Below, in pieces: positions 38,279-50,300 of a stretch of DNA of 64,000 nucleotides (its first letter is position 1; each line of letters begins with the position of its first letter). Origin of the DNA: Raja brachyura (taxonomy: Eukaryota); NCBI GenBank assembly GCA_963514005.1, contig OY740798.1, positions 10,044,001-10,108,000 of the forward strand. The letters are read 5' to 3'. Position numbers and translations under genes: made by a program. The notes under the pieces are model-generated. The model was not told where the DNA came from. It saw nothing but the letters and a program-made list of their open reading frames with translations, and ran no database searches.

Positions 38279-41145
38279 AGATATATAATCTAACAAGTTA
38301 ATTCGTAGTAATTTCAGGAGCTCCGCGGGGAGCTATTTTGCCAGATTCTGCACTGTGGAAAGAGCAATTGAATCCTGAATCCACGGTATGCCAATTGTCA
38401 AAGTCCATTGCCCGGGTTGCATTTTTGTTGTATTATTTTGTAAAACAATAATTAGTTGATGATGAAGATCAATGGCAAGTGATAAAATGACTTGGCGTTT
38501 AAGAAAGGAAAAAGTGTGCAATTGAGCAGAGCAGGATTAACTAGTAGCTCAGAAATAAAAGCCGAAACAGTTTTAATTTAACACAAATATTTTTAGAGAC
38601 ATTAAGACTTTAAATGTGTTAAAGGTAAAAACATGTTATTTAATCTGGTATTTTGAAATATTTGTTGTCATCAGGTCTTAAAATTATTACTACAGGATAC
38701 CTGGCTATAGAATATAATTCATCCTTGATTTAATATGGTAATAAATCCTGTAAAAATACCTTGCTCTGAAATTCTAAAAGTCAGAAACTTTGATCAACAT
38801 GCATTCTATAATCTGGGTTTGTCAAGTTAAAACCAGGATGAATTTCCATGAACTACCAATAGTCCCACTTTGCCATGCAGTGGGTTAAAAGCTGTTGCTA
38901 CATCCAAGGGATAAGCATCATTTTACAGCCATAAATTCATTTCAGAAAAAATGTTTGAACTAAAGCTAAGTTGGAGTAGTTATGTTGGCGATATAAAGTA
39001 ACCTCCTCAGCAAATTTTCAATTCCTGGTCACAAGCAACACTATTTTTGATCTGGGAAAGGACTGATGGAAATACTGCAGTGAGGGTGGCTACCTCTACT
39101 TCTCCAAAACCTTTGCCTGCTTCAGTCACTAGCGGGATCAGGACCTATTGTTTTCAATTTATCAACATGCATTGGATTATTAACAAGTGCTGGGTTTCCC
39201 TTCTATGTGAGAGCGGGGAGAATTTTCAGCCTTCATTCCCACAAACAATGTCCTTCAGCCATTTTACACAGGGAGGTGCAGTCTGCCGAGAGATGAACTG
39301 AGCGCAATGTATTTTTTGATCAATTAGAAATTAGTGAGGTAGTGGATCAACCATCAGTGACTAGTAGGATAGGTCTGAAGTACAAAGTTGCGCTACATAT
39401 TCAAATACTTACAGTAAAATCTGTCAGCTCGTCAAGACCGTTGATACATCAAACTCTAAACTTAAACATCTCTTTCCCATAACTCTCCCAAGTTCTCTGA
39501 CAGGAGTTGGTGGGTAACAAATAGCAGAATCTTGCCCTTCCTGACCAAGGCTTTCCTTTTACAATTATCACATCAGCACAAAACACTTTGAGTCAGAATC
39601 ATTGTGCATCACTTGCATGAATTAATCATATCCACTCTTTACAAAACAACTGCTGTCACTTGATGCACCTTTATTTTACCAGGATACATAGGTTTGCCTG
39701 TTTTTGTTTAAATACTATACATTATTACTAATGTACACTGCAAAATTCTGGAAACATGCAGCTGAAACAAAAGCACCATTTTCAAGTTTTACAAAATAAG
39801 TTATTAGTATTTACACCAGTAGTCCAACTTGCAGCCAGTACAATACATTACAGAAGAGGCAAGCATAATGCTCAGCAAGAAAGCTCTAATATTAGATCAT
39901 AGCCAACAGTGGAAAAACACTGAGGATCTCGTTGTCTCTGAGTGACATAAATGCTCTCATTTTAAGATGATTGTATTTATCAATTCAATGTGTTTACAGT
40001 GCAGCAAATTCAAGCATTATCCTCATCTGAAAAACCTTCAGTGATTCCAACTCCAACACAAACTTTGTTCCCGAAAGTGATCCACTGTATCATGGTCCTT
40101 TGTGACAGTATAAAACATGTGGCTGCATCTGAACAAACCCAGTTGGGTGGAAGCATACGGGAATATCATTTGATGCTTCTAAATGGGCATAAGAAGTTTC
40201 TCGTAAGTGCTCTTCCATTTTTCATATAATAAATAATAGATTGGATTTGGTCCATAGTTGACAAAGTGGTTGCAAATCTAGGTAGTTTATGGTGAGTTGG
40301 TTAAACTGGAATGCAGAATCAATATTAGGACTGCAACAAAGGTTTGATGAGCTACAGTTGCATTCTAAAAGTAAGCACACAACAGTCTAAAACATCAAGG
40401 ACATCCATTTTGCCAATAGAGAGGTTTTCTGCTGATTACAGTCTAAAGAGATGCATTTAAAAAAGGGGGATTCGTTTATGGAGCAGTGAACAAGCAGAGA
40501 TGGGGTTCATGCTCACAGACTATACTGATGAGAATCAACATTCATCAAAGACACAAGGATTGCCAGAGAGGTCCAGTGGGCCACATGCACTATTACCAAT
40601 GCTTAGAGGTATCAACAGACTATGACCAGTGTTTGGTGCCATGGGTCATCCTTTTATTAATTAATTGATACCAACTAGAATTCCATTCATGATGATCAGC
40701 TGTGTGAATGCCTATTGGCAAGGGCATCTAATTTTGGACTTTATCCAATGACTGCAGTTGCATTGTGCCTCTATACAACATCAGAGTCTCAAGGTGCTTT
40801 CATCTCAGTTTTAGGGTTAGGGAAGATAACAAGGAGATGACAGATTTTGGTGAAGAATTATTCAAATATAATGCAGGATTAACATTTTACCATAAGCAAA
40901 TTTGATTTTTGCTTAATAGCACAAATATTATACACAAAGAGCAATGGCCAAGTGGCTTTAATTTAAGGACCCTCGTCCAACTCCCCACCAACCTCACAGT
41001 ATCCCAAAGCAAGATACTTCTTCACATTCTTCCCTCCCCAAATCAAAAGGAGAATGAAACCAGCTTGGTTTCTCCTTAAAACATATGGAGACGCACGCAA
41101 ATGCAAAGACCTTGTACAAATATGCAATACTTTAATATATTATGG

Positions 41146-41381
41146 TCATTGTTCTGTCTCACTTGCCCCTGGAGGCAGTGTTTCATTCCTTTGGAGCACT
41201 TTAGCCAAGATGGTGTCGTAATAAGGATTGAAAACCAACTTGTTATAGTTTACAAGGTGAAGAAATCGGACAGTAATCTCCTCCAACTCTCTTCTAATGG
41301 GGGCAAGTCCTCCAGGGACAATAACTGATTTGGGATTGCTCGACGCGAGATGCATCTTCAGAAAAGTCTGGATCCGTAAAT
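41146..41381 (-). CDS. TCP11L1: TCP11L1 exon 10, last coding exon (DLRIQTFL...ETEQ*)
   Basis: tgctag|AT; stop TGA at 41148-41146. Confidence 0.92.
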
Positions 41382-44300
41382 CTAGCAATAAAGATAACAA
41401 ACAGAAAGTGTAGTATTCGGAAAGCAATGGGTAAAACGACATCAAATTGGAGCAACCAGGCCATAACATAGCCAAGAATGAAGGATTTAATTCAGATTCT
41501 CAACAGGTAAATAGAGACTGAAACAGATACAAAAGCTTTTCTACAACTGCTATCAGAAAGTTATCTACCTGAACAGTTCGATTAAAAGCAGTGTTAATTT
41601 ACTATCAAATATGCTGGAGCACACTTCTTAAACAGGTAAGAAATTACCTCTTAGGTAAAAGGAATAGAATAAAAAAGGAAATGCTTCTCCTGGTTTGATA
41701 CGGTCAATCGCGCAAGCTGAAGCGAGGGTCGGTGGTGCCAGTCTGCCTAAACATTGACCAGCCTGGCACCAAATCAGGTACATTCCAAACACACAGCATT
41801 TAATGCATCACAATGTATATTCTTACCTATTAATTTTCGAACAGAGTTATCCAAACTAGATATAGCCTGGATTTGACCTTTCAATACCGCCTCTTTCTCA
41901 GTGGGTAGTAGTGAGAAACCGTGCTGAGATAAGCAGTTATTAACTTCCACACATATCTGTTCACTCACACTGGTCATGGTCTCAGCAAGATGAAAGGAAC
42001 TGCAAAAACAGTGAATATTTTGAAAGTGAAATTGAAAAATATCAAACGAGAAGTCCTTAGTTAATGTTTTCTTACATGAAAATATACTGGAATTATTCTG
42101 AGGACATTCACAACACTAGGTGATTAGTCCTGATGAGGAGAAAGGCAGAAGAGGTGCGAGAGATGCAAGAAAGGTATTGGAGAAAGTGACGTAGATAGGA
42201 AAGGACGTGAAAGAATGCGGGAAGTCAGAGAGAATGTAGGTATGTTACAATACCTACCTTTAGTGGCGTTTAAAATGCCATTTTTTTCCCCAGACAGTCT
42301 AAATCGATCAATCTCAGGCGATTTCGTTGCTAAAGAGAAATCGCTCTGACATTTGTTTTATGAAGGTATTTTTAAACCACGCTAGATCATTTATTAGCTA
42401 GAGTAGTTTAAAAATCATCTTCTAAAGCCGTGTAAGCCGACAGCGGAACGGACCTAACGTAGGCGATAAAAAAAGGTACACAGTTTATCTTTACATAAAA
42501 TCGTGGTTCTTAGGAAGTCTTTGATCAAATTGTCATCATGCTAAAAGGGGACCAAAAAAATATACGAACCAGCTGTATTTTTCCTGCCGACTGTGGGTTA
42601 AATTCACCGCAAACTGCAACATTCCAAGCCACCGCGTTCCACTAAAACCCACTCGCAAGTTGATTTAAATGGCCATTAATTTACAGGAATTAAACACTAA
42701 ATTTGGCCTATAAATTCATGAAAATGAGATTTAAAAATCATGTTATATTGTGGATTATTGTGTGAATATTATTTGGACACTTAGGCAATTAAAAAATGTT
42801 TATCATTTCTTAAGAAATGGATAGATGTTTAGATCTAGTAATTGAATTTTGTAATGAGCTACAATTAGGTAACTAACTAATTATATGCTTTAATTTCAGG
42901 TCATCCAAGTAAGACTTTCATACTTATTTTAGAATGCTTCAATCTATAATAACTGAAAATTTAATTCTCTTATTTTTTAAGAAAGTTATGGGCTTTTGAC
43001 TGTCCTAGATCACAGCTTTTGAGTTAAGTCAATGTAAAGGCAATTTCCGAGTATGAAAATGGCCATAACCTTTTTAATACCGAAGATATGAAAGTGAATT
43101 AGGTGTCAAATTGAACTTATTTTTATGCTTTATCTGATGGGATAAATTGCAGACTTGATTTTTAAAATCTCAAAATTTTGTTACATTGCTAGAGAATGGA
43201 CGGGAGACGGGCGAGATTAAGTATGAGGGAAGTTAAATAGTAAAGAGGAAAAGAAGAAAGCAGATGTGAAAAAGAGGATATTAAAGACACAAGATATTTA
43301 AAGTAAGACCAGAGAAAGGAAGTCAGATTTATGGACACATTTAAAGATACAGGGAAAGTATGAAGATTTATGATGCTTCTCTCTCTAGCAAGATGGCGTC
43401 TGCCTGCAGCGACTTTTGCGGGGCACCAGAATGTAAAAGGTTTACATACAACTTCCATCAACTCACCTGGATAAGGAAAACGCAGAAATCGGTGCCGTTT
43501 CGGACAAGCTGCTTGGGCACCTGAAGGCTCTGGAAATTTTGCGATCTGTGGGAGCCCCGGACTTTAAACTTTCCCACGCTCGCTGGAGATCACCCGACCC
43601 GACGGAGGAACGCAGGCACTGTACCTGGAAACTCCAGGATGACCTCCAGAGAAACTTGGCTCGGACAAAACTCTGAACATTAATAGCCCATTATCTGTTA
43701 TTTGCACTTTATCAGTTTATTTATTCACGTGTGTATATATTTATATAATGGTATATGGACACACTGATCTTTGTAGTCAATGCCTACTATGTTCTGTTGT
43801 GCTGAAGCAAAGCAAGAATTTCATTGTTCTATCAGGGACACATGACAATAAACTCTTGATTGAAACAAAGTCAGCATCATAATTTAAGGAATGTTCAAAA
43901 AGGAGAATAGAGGCATAACTAGAAACACCAAAGGTCATTTGCTCCTCGTGTCTTTCCTATGATTCAATTAGATAATAATTGATATTTCTCCTCAGTGCCA
44001 CTTTCCTTCACTAACCTCACATCACTGCTTAATATCTAAAAATCAATCCAGTTGACTTTCACTGTGTTTTCCTTCTAGAAAGTGTACATTGAATCAAAAA
44101 GTTCACAAGATTGGGATTACTATTTAATTTTGGAATAAATAACTGCACTGATTAGATGGATTACACAGCTTGTTTCATTCAATCTGAAAGTGAATCTTTG
44201 AAATTAAGATTTAAACATTTTGTGAAAATCTTCTGGGTGGTACAATCCAAATCGACGGAGTACACAATAGATCACTTACTGAGAATGCATGCCTGTCAAT

Positions 44301-47300
44301 AAGGCTTTAATAATGCCCTTCAGTCTGTCCAGAAAGCCAGAGAGTCCTGATATGGCATCGCCGGTCATGTTGTATATGACTAGCAGCACGGCTGCAATGA
44401 GGGTCAACTGATTCAGCTCCTGCTGCATCTCCTTGAAGCGGGATTGGTCCATCAGCACAGGCTAAGGAAAGAATAAAAAGACAGAAAATCACTCTAAGCG
44501 GACAAAATCCTGCTCCTATTTTCTTGTATATTGAACAACTGGTGCATATGGGGTGAGGAAATGGAGCTCACCTCTGGGAAGAGTCTGCTGGCATGATCCC
44601 ATTGCAGTAATTTAACATACGCGTGGTTTAACACTGAGGTAGGGCACAATGCAGATACATCTGTGGCACCAGCTGTGGCTCCATCAAGACCGGAGCCAGC
44701 AGAACTTAGGAGTTCACTTGCTGTCTCTTGCAACCATTCTGTAGCGATCTCCAGGGATCCTGTAGCAAAAAAAGAAAATTAAGTCAGTTAAAACAAACTT
44801 AATTCAGTAATAGATGTCTTAATGCAGAATCTTCCGAATTGACATCATTGAGAGTGCTTGTGTCACAGAGAGTCCAGTGGCAGAAATGTAAATATTTAGC
44901 AAGCATTTTGTTGCTCATTGTAAGGGAGAAGGAAATGTTAGTGGGTTCACATTTGCTTTAATCGCATAATCAGTCTGGTCATTATAGAGTCATACAGCAT
45001 GGAAACAGGCCCTTTGTCACGACTCATCCATGACAACCAAGATGCCCAATCTAAACCAGTCCCATCTAGCTGCATTTTGTCCATATCCCTCTAAACCTTT
45101 CCTATTCAAGGACATGTCCAAGTGTGTTTTAAATGGTTATACTGTACCCGCCTCAACCACTCCTGTCGCAGTTTATTCCATGTACCCATCACCCTCTGAG
45201 AGAGAAAATTGCCACTCAGGTCCCTATTAATTTTTCCCCCTCACCTTAAACCTATGTCTTCTGCTTCTTGATTCCCCTACCCTGGATAAAAGACTCTGTG
45301 CAATCAATTCTCCTCAGATATCACACTCGTGTTTACGTGGGTTTACTGTGCTATTTGATTGTACTTCAAAAGTACTTTCTTGGCCTCATCATGCTTTGGA
45401 TATTCTGAGGTGAGGAAAAGTCCAATGTTAATGTGATTTCTGCTCCAATGTTAATGTGATTTCTGCTAAATAAGGAAATGCACTGTTTTATAAGCCAGGA
45501 ATGTATAAGGCTTTGTGTAGGAAAGAACTGCAGATGCCAGTTTAAACGGAGAATGATACAAAATGATACACTTGGTGTCCAGTATTCTTCTATACCAATA
45601 CCTTGGATTTAATGTGTAAGAAGGAACTGCAGATGCTTGTTTAAACTGAAGATCGACACACAGCTGGAGTAACTCAGTGGGACAGGCAGCATCTCTGGAG
45701 AGAAGGAATGGGTAATGTTTTGGGTCAAGACCATTCTTCAGTCTGAATTCAAACATGTCAGAGACTCGAACAATCTGATAAATTAATTATTTCCCTGCAA
45801 CAGTGTGACAAAGACAGGCATAGGGCAGTCACACCCTAATCACTGATTTATCCTCCTCCTACAGATTCTAACTGGCGTGGAGACCTAGTTGGGAAAATTC
45901 CCAACGGACATGACTTTTATAAATAAAGATAGTTCTACCTAAAAAGGAATACCATAGTAATAATCATTATCAAATGATCCACCCACATTTCCTTTTACTT
46001 CCTCTACTTATATGAACAGCATTTATGTTAGTTATTATTTTATTTTAATAAGTTCCATTTGTATTAAGTACAAATGATGGACACAAGGTCATCGAATAGC
46101 CTAGGTAAAACGTTATGCCAAGAAATGGCTCTTTCACCGTGTTGCTTGTCAAAGAATTCCTGGAAGCACTTTCGCTCGTAATCGACAGATTGTTTCATTA
46201 AATGTGGTCGGATACTGCTAATGGCAAAATTCACCATGTCGAGCTTCATTAAATCCAGCACAGCAAAAATCTCCCTGTAAAAACAAAATTCATGATAAAC
46301 ATAACTCATCTTTATCTTTTCAGTCTGCTGCAGTAAAACTCTAGTCTGGGTATCACAACATCATACCTTAATGCACCCAGTTCAAATCCAACATCATAAT
46401 TGGAAGAAAACGCATAAACAATGACATATGATTTTTTTTAAAGGCACATTTGGACCAAATTATAATCATTTAAAAATTGCGTTTTTTTCTTCCAAAAAGC
46501 ATTTGGGTTATTCTGTTCAAAATACACTGACAACATGTGCTTCACGTCCAGGACTGGTCTTTCATTCTGCTTGGAAGCTGTGAGCTCTCGTTCACTCTGG
46601 CTTGAGAGCAGTGTTTGGGTAATGATGTAAAGCTGATGTGGCGAATTGGGAGATGTATTCTGCGTTTTGATTTTGAACTCTTCTAAAAAGGCATGAGCCA
46701 CCATTTCCTGACTGATAAACATCACAGAATTGCTGCGGCACAGTAGGAAGTGATTCAGCCCATTAAGTCTGTTTAGGCTCATTACCGACCAATGCACTCA
46801 GTCCCTCCTCTTAACCTTGTAGTTTTACATTAAAAATATTATCCAATTCTCATTCAAGGCCAAAATTACACCATGGTCCACTGTATTCATAGACGATGCA
46901 CAAAAGATCAGAACTATCACCTCTGGAAAATAAAATCTTCACGTAACTTTGCGATAATCTGAAATTCACTTCAAATCAGGTCTCTGGCACCTTCAATATT
47001 GGGAAGTTTCCTTCTACTCACACTGCACTCATGGGGATTTTGTCATCTCAATAACATCTTTTGTCAACCTTCCCAGTTCCAAGGAGACCATGCCAGATTA
47101 TTTTGGCTACACTCTGAGTTTAAACTTCTCAATCCAAACATCATCTTAGTAAATTTCAATGCTCTCTCTAGGCAATTCACATTGATTGAATGATTGAAAG
47201 ATGCAGCATGGACCATCAATCACACGTTCACACTAATTCTATGTAATCCCATTTTTGCATCCAGTCCCTACACACTCGCCCAATAAATCAACAAACTGGA

Positions 47301-50300
47301 TGTGAGGAAAATGGAGCACCCGGAGGAAATACACACGTTCACAGAGAGAACATGCAAGCTCCACACAGATAGCACTCGAGGTCAGAATCCAACCCGGATC
47401 TCTGGCGCTGTGAGGCAGCAGATTCACCAGCTGCACCACTGTGCCGCACTATTCCAATCCCTATTTCCTATTCTATCTTCCTACTCCAACTGTGGTTTAA
47501 CCAATGATTTATAAAAGTTCAACAAAACCTCAATATTAGTACTTATGAACCCCAGCATCTTACATAATTGCTTTCTCTAACTGTCCTACAATGATAAAGA
47601 ACATTATCTGTATATTAAATAACCACCCCACTATCTTAGCAGAATGCTAAAACATTTTATATACAGCTATATTTTATGTATTTACTGCTTCAAGGTTTCA
47701 CACACAGACATGCCCAAGTCTCTTTGTTCCTGTGGTCCCTGTAAAAGTGCAACTTGTAGTTTTATTGTCTCTATTTTCTCTAAGTGACATAGTGCATCAC
47801 TTCACAGTTTTTTGTGTTAGATTTTAGCTGCCAGTACACCAGCCTACTTATGTTCTTTTGTGGTCTATTAATACCTCATTTTTTGCCATACTTCTCAGTC
47901 TTGTGTCACTTCCAAGTTTTGAAATCTTTGCCAGGAAGTACATTAGTCAATAATACGTATCAAAAGATCCTTGCAATCCCAACTATAACCAAACACGTGG
48001 CCAGATAACACAGCTGATACATTTGTCAGAATTTGTAGGAAATGAAATTTCTCACATTTCTGCCTCTAACATAGTCAGAGTTTCCGTGTTTGTGGAGGGG
48101 GGAGAAGGAAGAAATTGCATTTGTGCCATATGTTGCAAACTCCATTTTAAGTCTATTCATTGTGCCTGTCAAAAAATATAGTTCTGATGTTTACAGGTTG
48201 TTTCACATTTAGTTTCTTTAAATTTCTTATTCCGCAATTATTTAGTGACTTGAAATACTTGATCTTGTAGCTGTTAGCATCCCACTCGGGTGCTATTATG
48301 AATCCAGAAATAAGACAGAATTTCCCTATATCTTTCACAATCGTATTTAAGATAAAAAATTGGTCACTAGGGAAGTGAAAATGAACAGAAAGGCAAAAGG
48401 TATTTTGTACTACATGGCAGTTTTCAATCGGACACCCAGTGGAATAAAACTTAAAATCCACGAGTATGCTTCACAAGTTATTTAGTTTAGTTTAGTTTAG
48501 AGATACAGTGCAGAAACAGGCCCTTCAGTCCACTGAGTCCACACCGACCAGCGATCCCCATACACTTATACTAACACTATCCTACAGGCTTGGGACAATT
48601 TTACTGAAGCCAATTAACCTCAAAACTTGTACGTCTTTGGAGTGTGGAAGTAAACCGGAGCATCCAAAGAAAACCACACGGTCACAGGAAGAACGTACAC
48701 ATTCCATACAGATACCACCCATAGTCAGGATCGAACCCGAGTCTCCGGTGCTGTTGTTAATCCTGGGCAAATTGGGGAGGCCAGGACCCTAACATTGAGT
48801 AAAGGCTTCAGGGCTGCTAGGCCATTTGGTCAATTTAAAAGTGCTTTCTGTAGAAATGGGACAAGCTGCAGAGTGGTGCCAGTTTGTCTAGAGCCTAGAT
48901 CAGAGCTGCAGGAAGAGATTGGGAACATCTGCAGACCCTGACAATTAGGTACAAAATGCATAGAATGAATGCAAACCAGACATACACATTGTAAATAATG
49001 TTGCAGAGCTTTACATTGCTGAATGTTGATTGGATTAAGTATTGAGCCTTGTCTGGTTTTCTTGCACATCAGGGCAAATGTTGCGATGTTCATTTCCTTT
49101 GAGAAACACTGTTTGAATACAATGTATTAGCCACTGTATTATTGGGTTAGGGAAATATCTGTCATGTATGGGGTTAATCGATCTGTAATTGGATTGTAAA
49201 GAGACCACCCCAATTTGGTTCGGCCCTTCGAGGTCCGGGGACTTATAAAAGTCCGCTTTTAAAAAAGAGCGCTTAGGACTGTGTGACCTTCTGGAGTGTC
49301 TCTGCTTGAGCGAGGACAAGAGGGCTTGATCAGGCAGATGCGAAGATCGAACCCACGGTGGTTAGGTACAGTAGTGGGAACTGTAATTGTGTTTTGTCAA
49401 AATAAAGTTTAGATGCTCAAGTGCTTGACTGTGATTTTTGACTGAAACTAGACAGGGGGGGAAGCTTAGAATGAGTAATTTACACTGTAAGGCAGCAAAT
49501 CTACCGCTGCGCCACCATGTATTAAATTATTAATACATAATCTTGCCTGAATAACAGAACTACGTCTAAGATGTTCCTGATGAGCTTGATGTCTTCATCC
49601 CTGATAGGAGCACAGAGAGTCCCCATCATCCCAATAATGAAGTCAGCTAGTTTGGGGATGTTCAATGCACCATTCTCAGCCTCCTGCTTGATGAGATCCA
49701 GATCCAGAACTTCATTGATTTGGTTCCTCAACCTGGTGTGACCAGGCAGCAAGAATGAGAGTAGAGTCTAAAAGGTAATAGAGCTGAATCAGAAACTAGA
49801 TGGAAGCATCCAAAGTATTTATTTTAACACTTTCAAAGTGAACATAACAAAATAGCCTGAAATGTTTTTAAAAGACATGGGGACTGTCTTTTCACTGACA
49901 AAATGCTGGAATCATCTATGTAATAGCTATTTTATCTCAGAATCCCCAACTGAAAATTAATAATCATTTGTTTATCATGAAACAAAAGTCCCTGACATAC
50001 TTTTGAACTATACGAGGGTCAAAGAATAGGCCATGGGTCAGATGTGTCCTGATCTTACAAAACAGCTTGAGGCACTGTTTGGTCTATTCCTGTTCCCATT
50101 CCTTATCTTGTTTAAGAAGGAACTGCAGATGCTGGAAAATCGAAGGCACACAAAAATGCTGGAGAAACTCAGCGGGTGCAGCAGCATCTATGGAGCGAAG
50201 GAAATAGGCAATGTTTCGAGCCAAAACAATTCTTCAGACTCAAGATCAGAGTCTGAAGAAGGATTTCGGCCTGAAACGTTGCATATTTCCTTCGCTCCAT

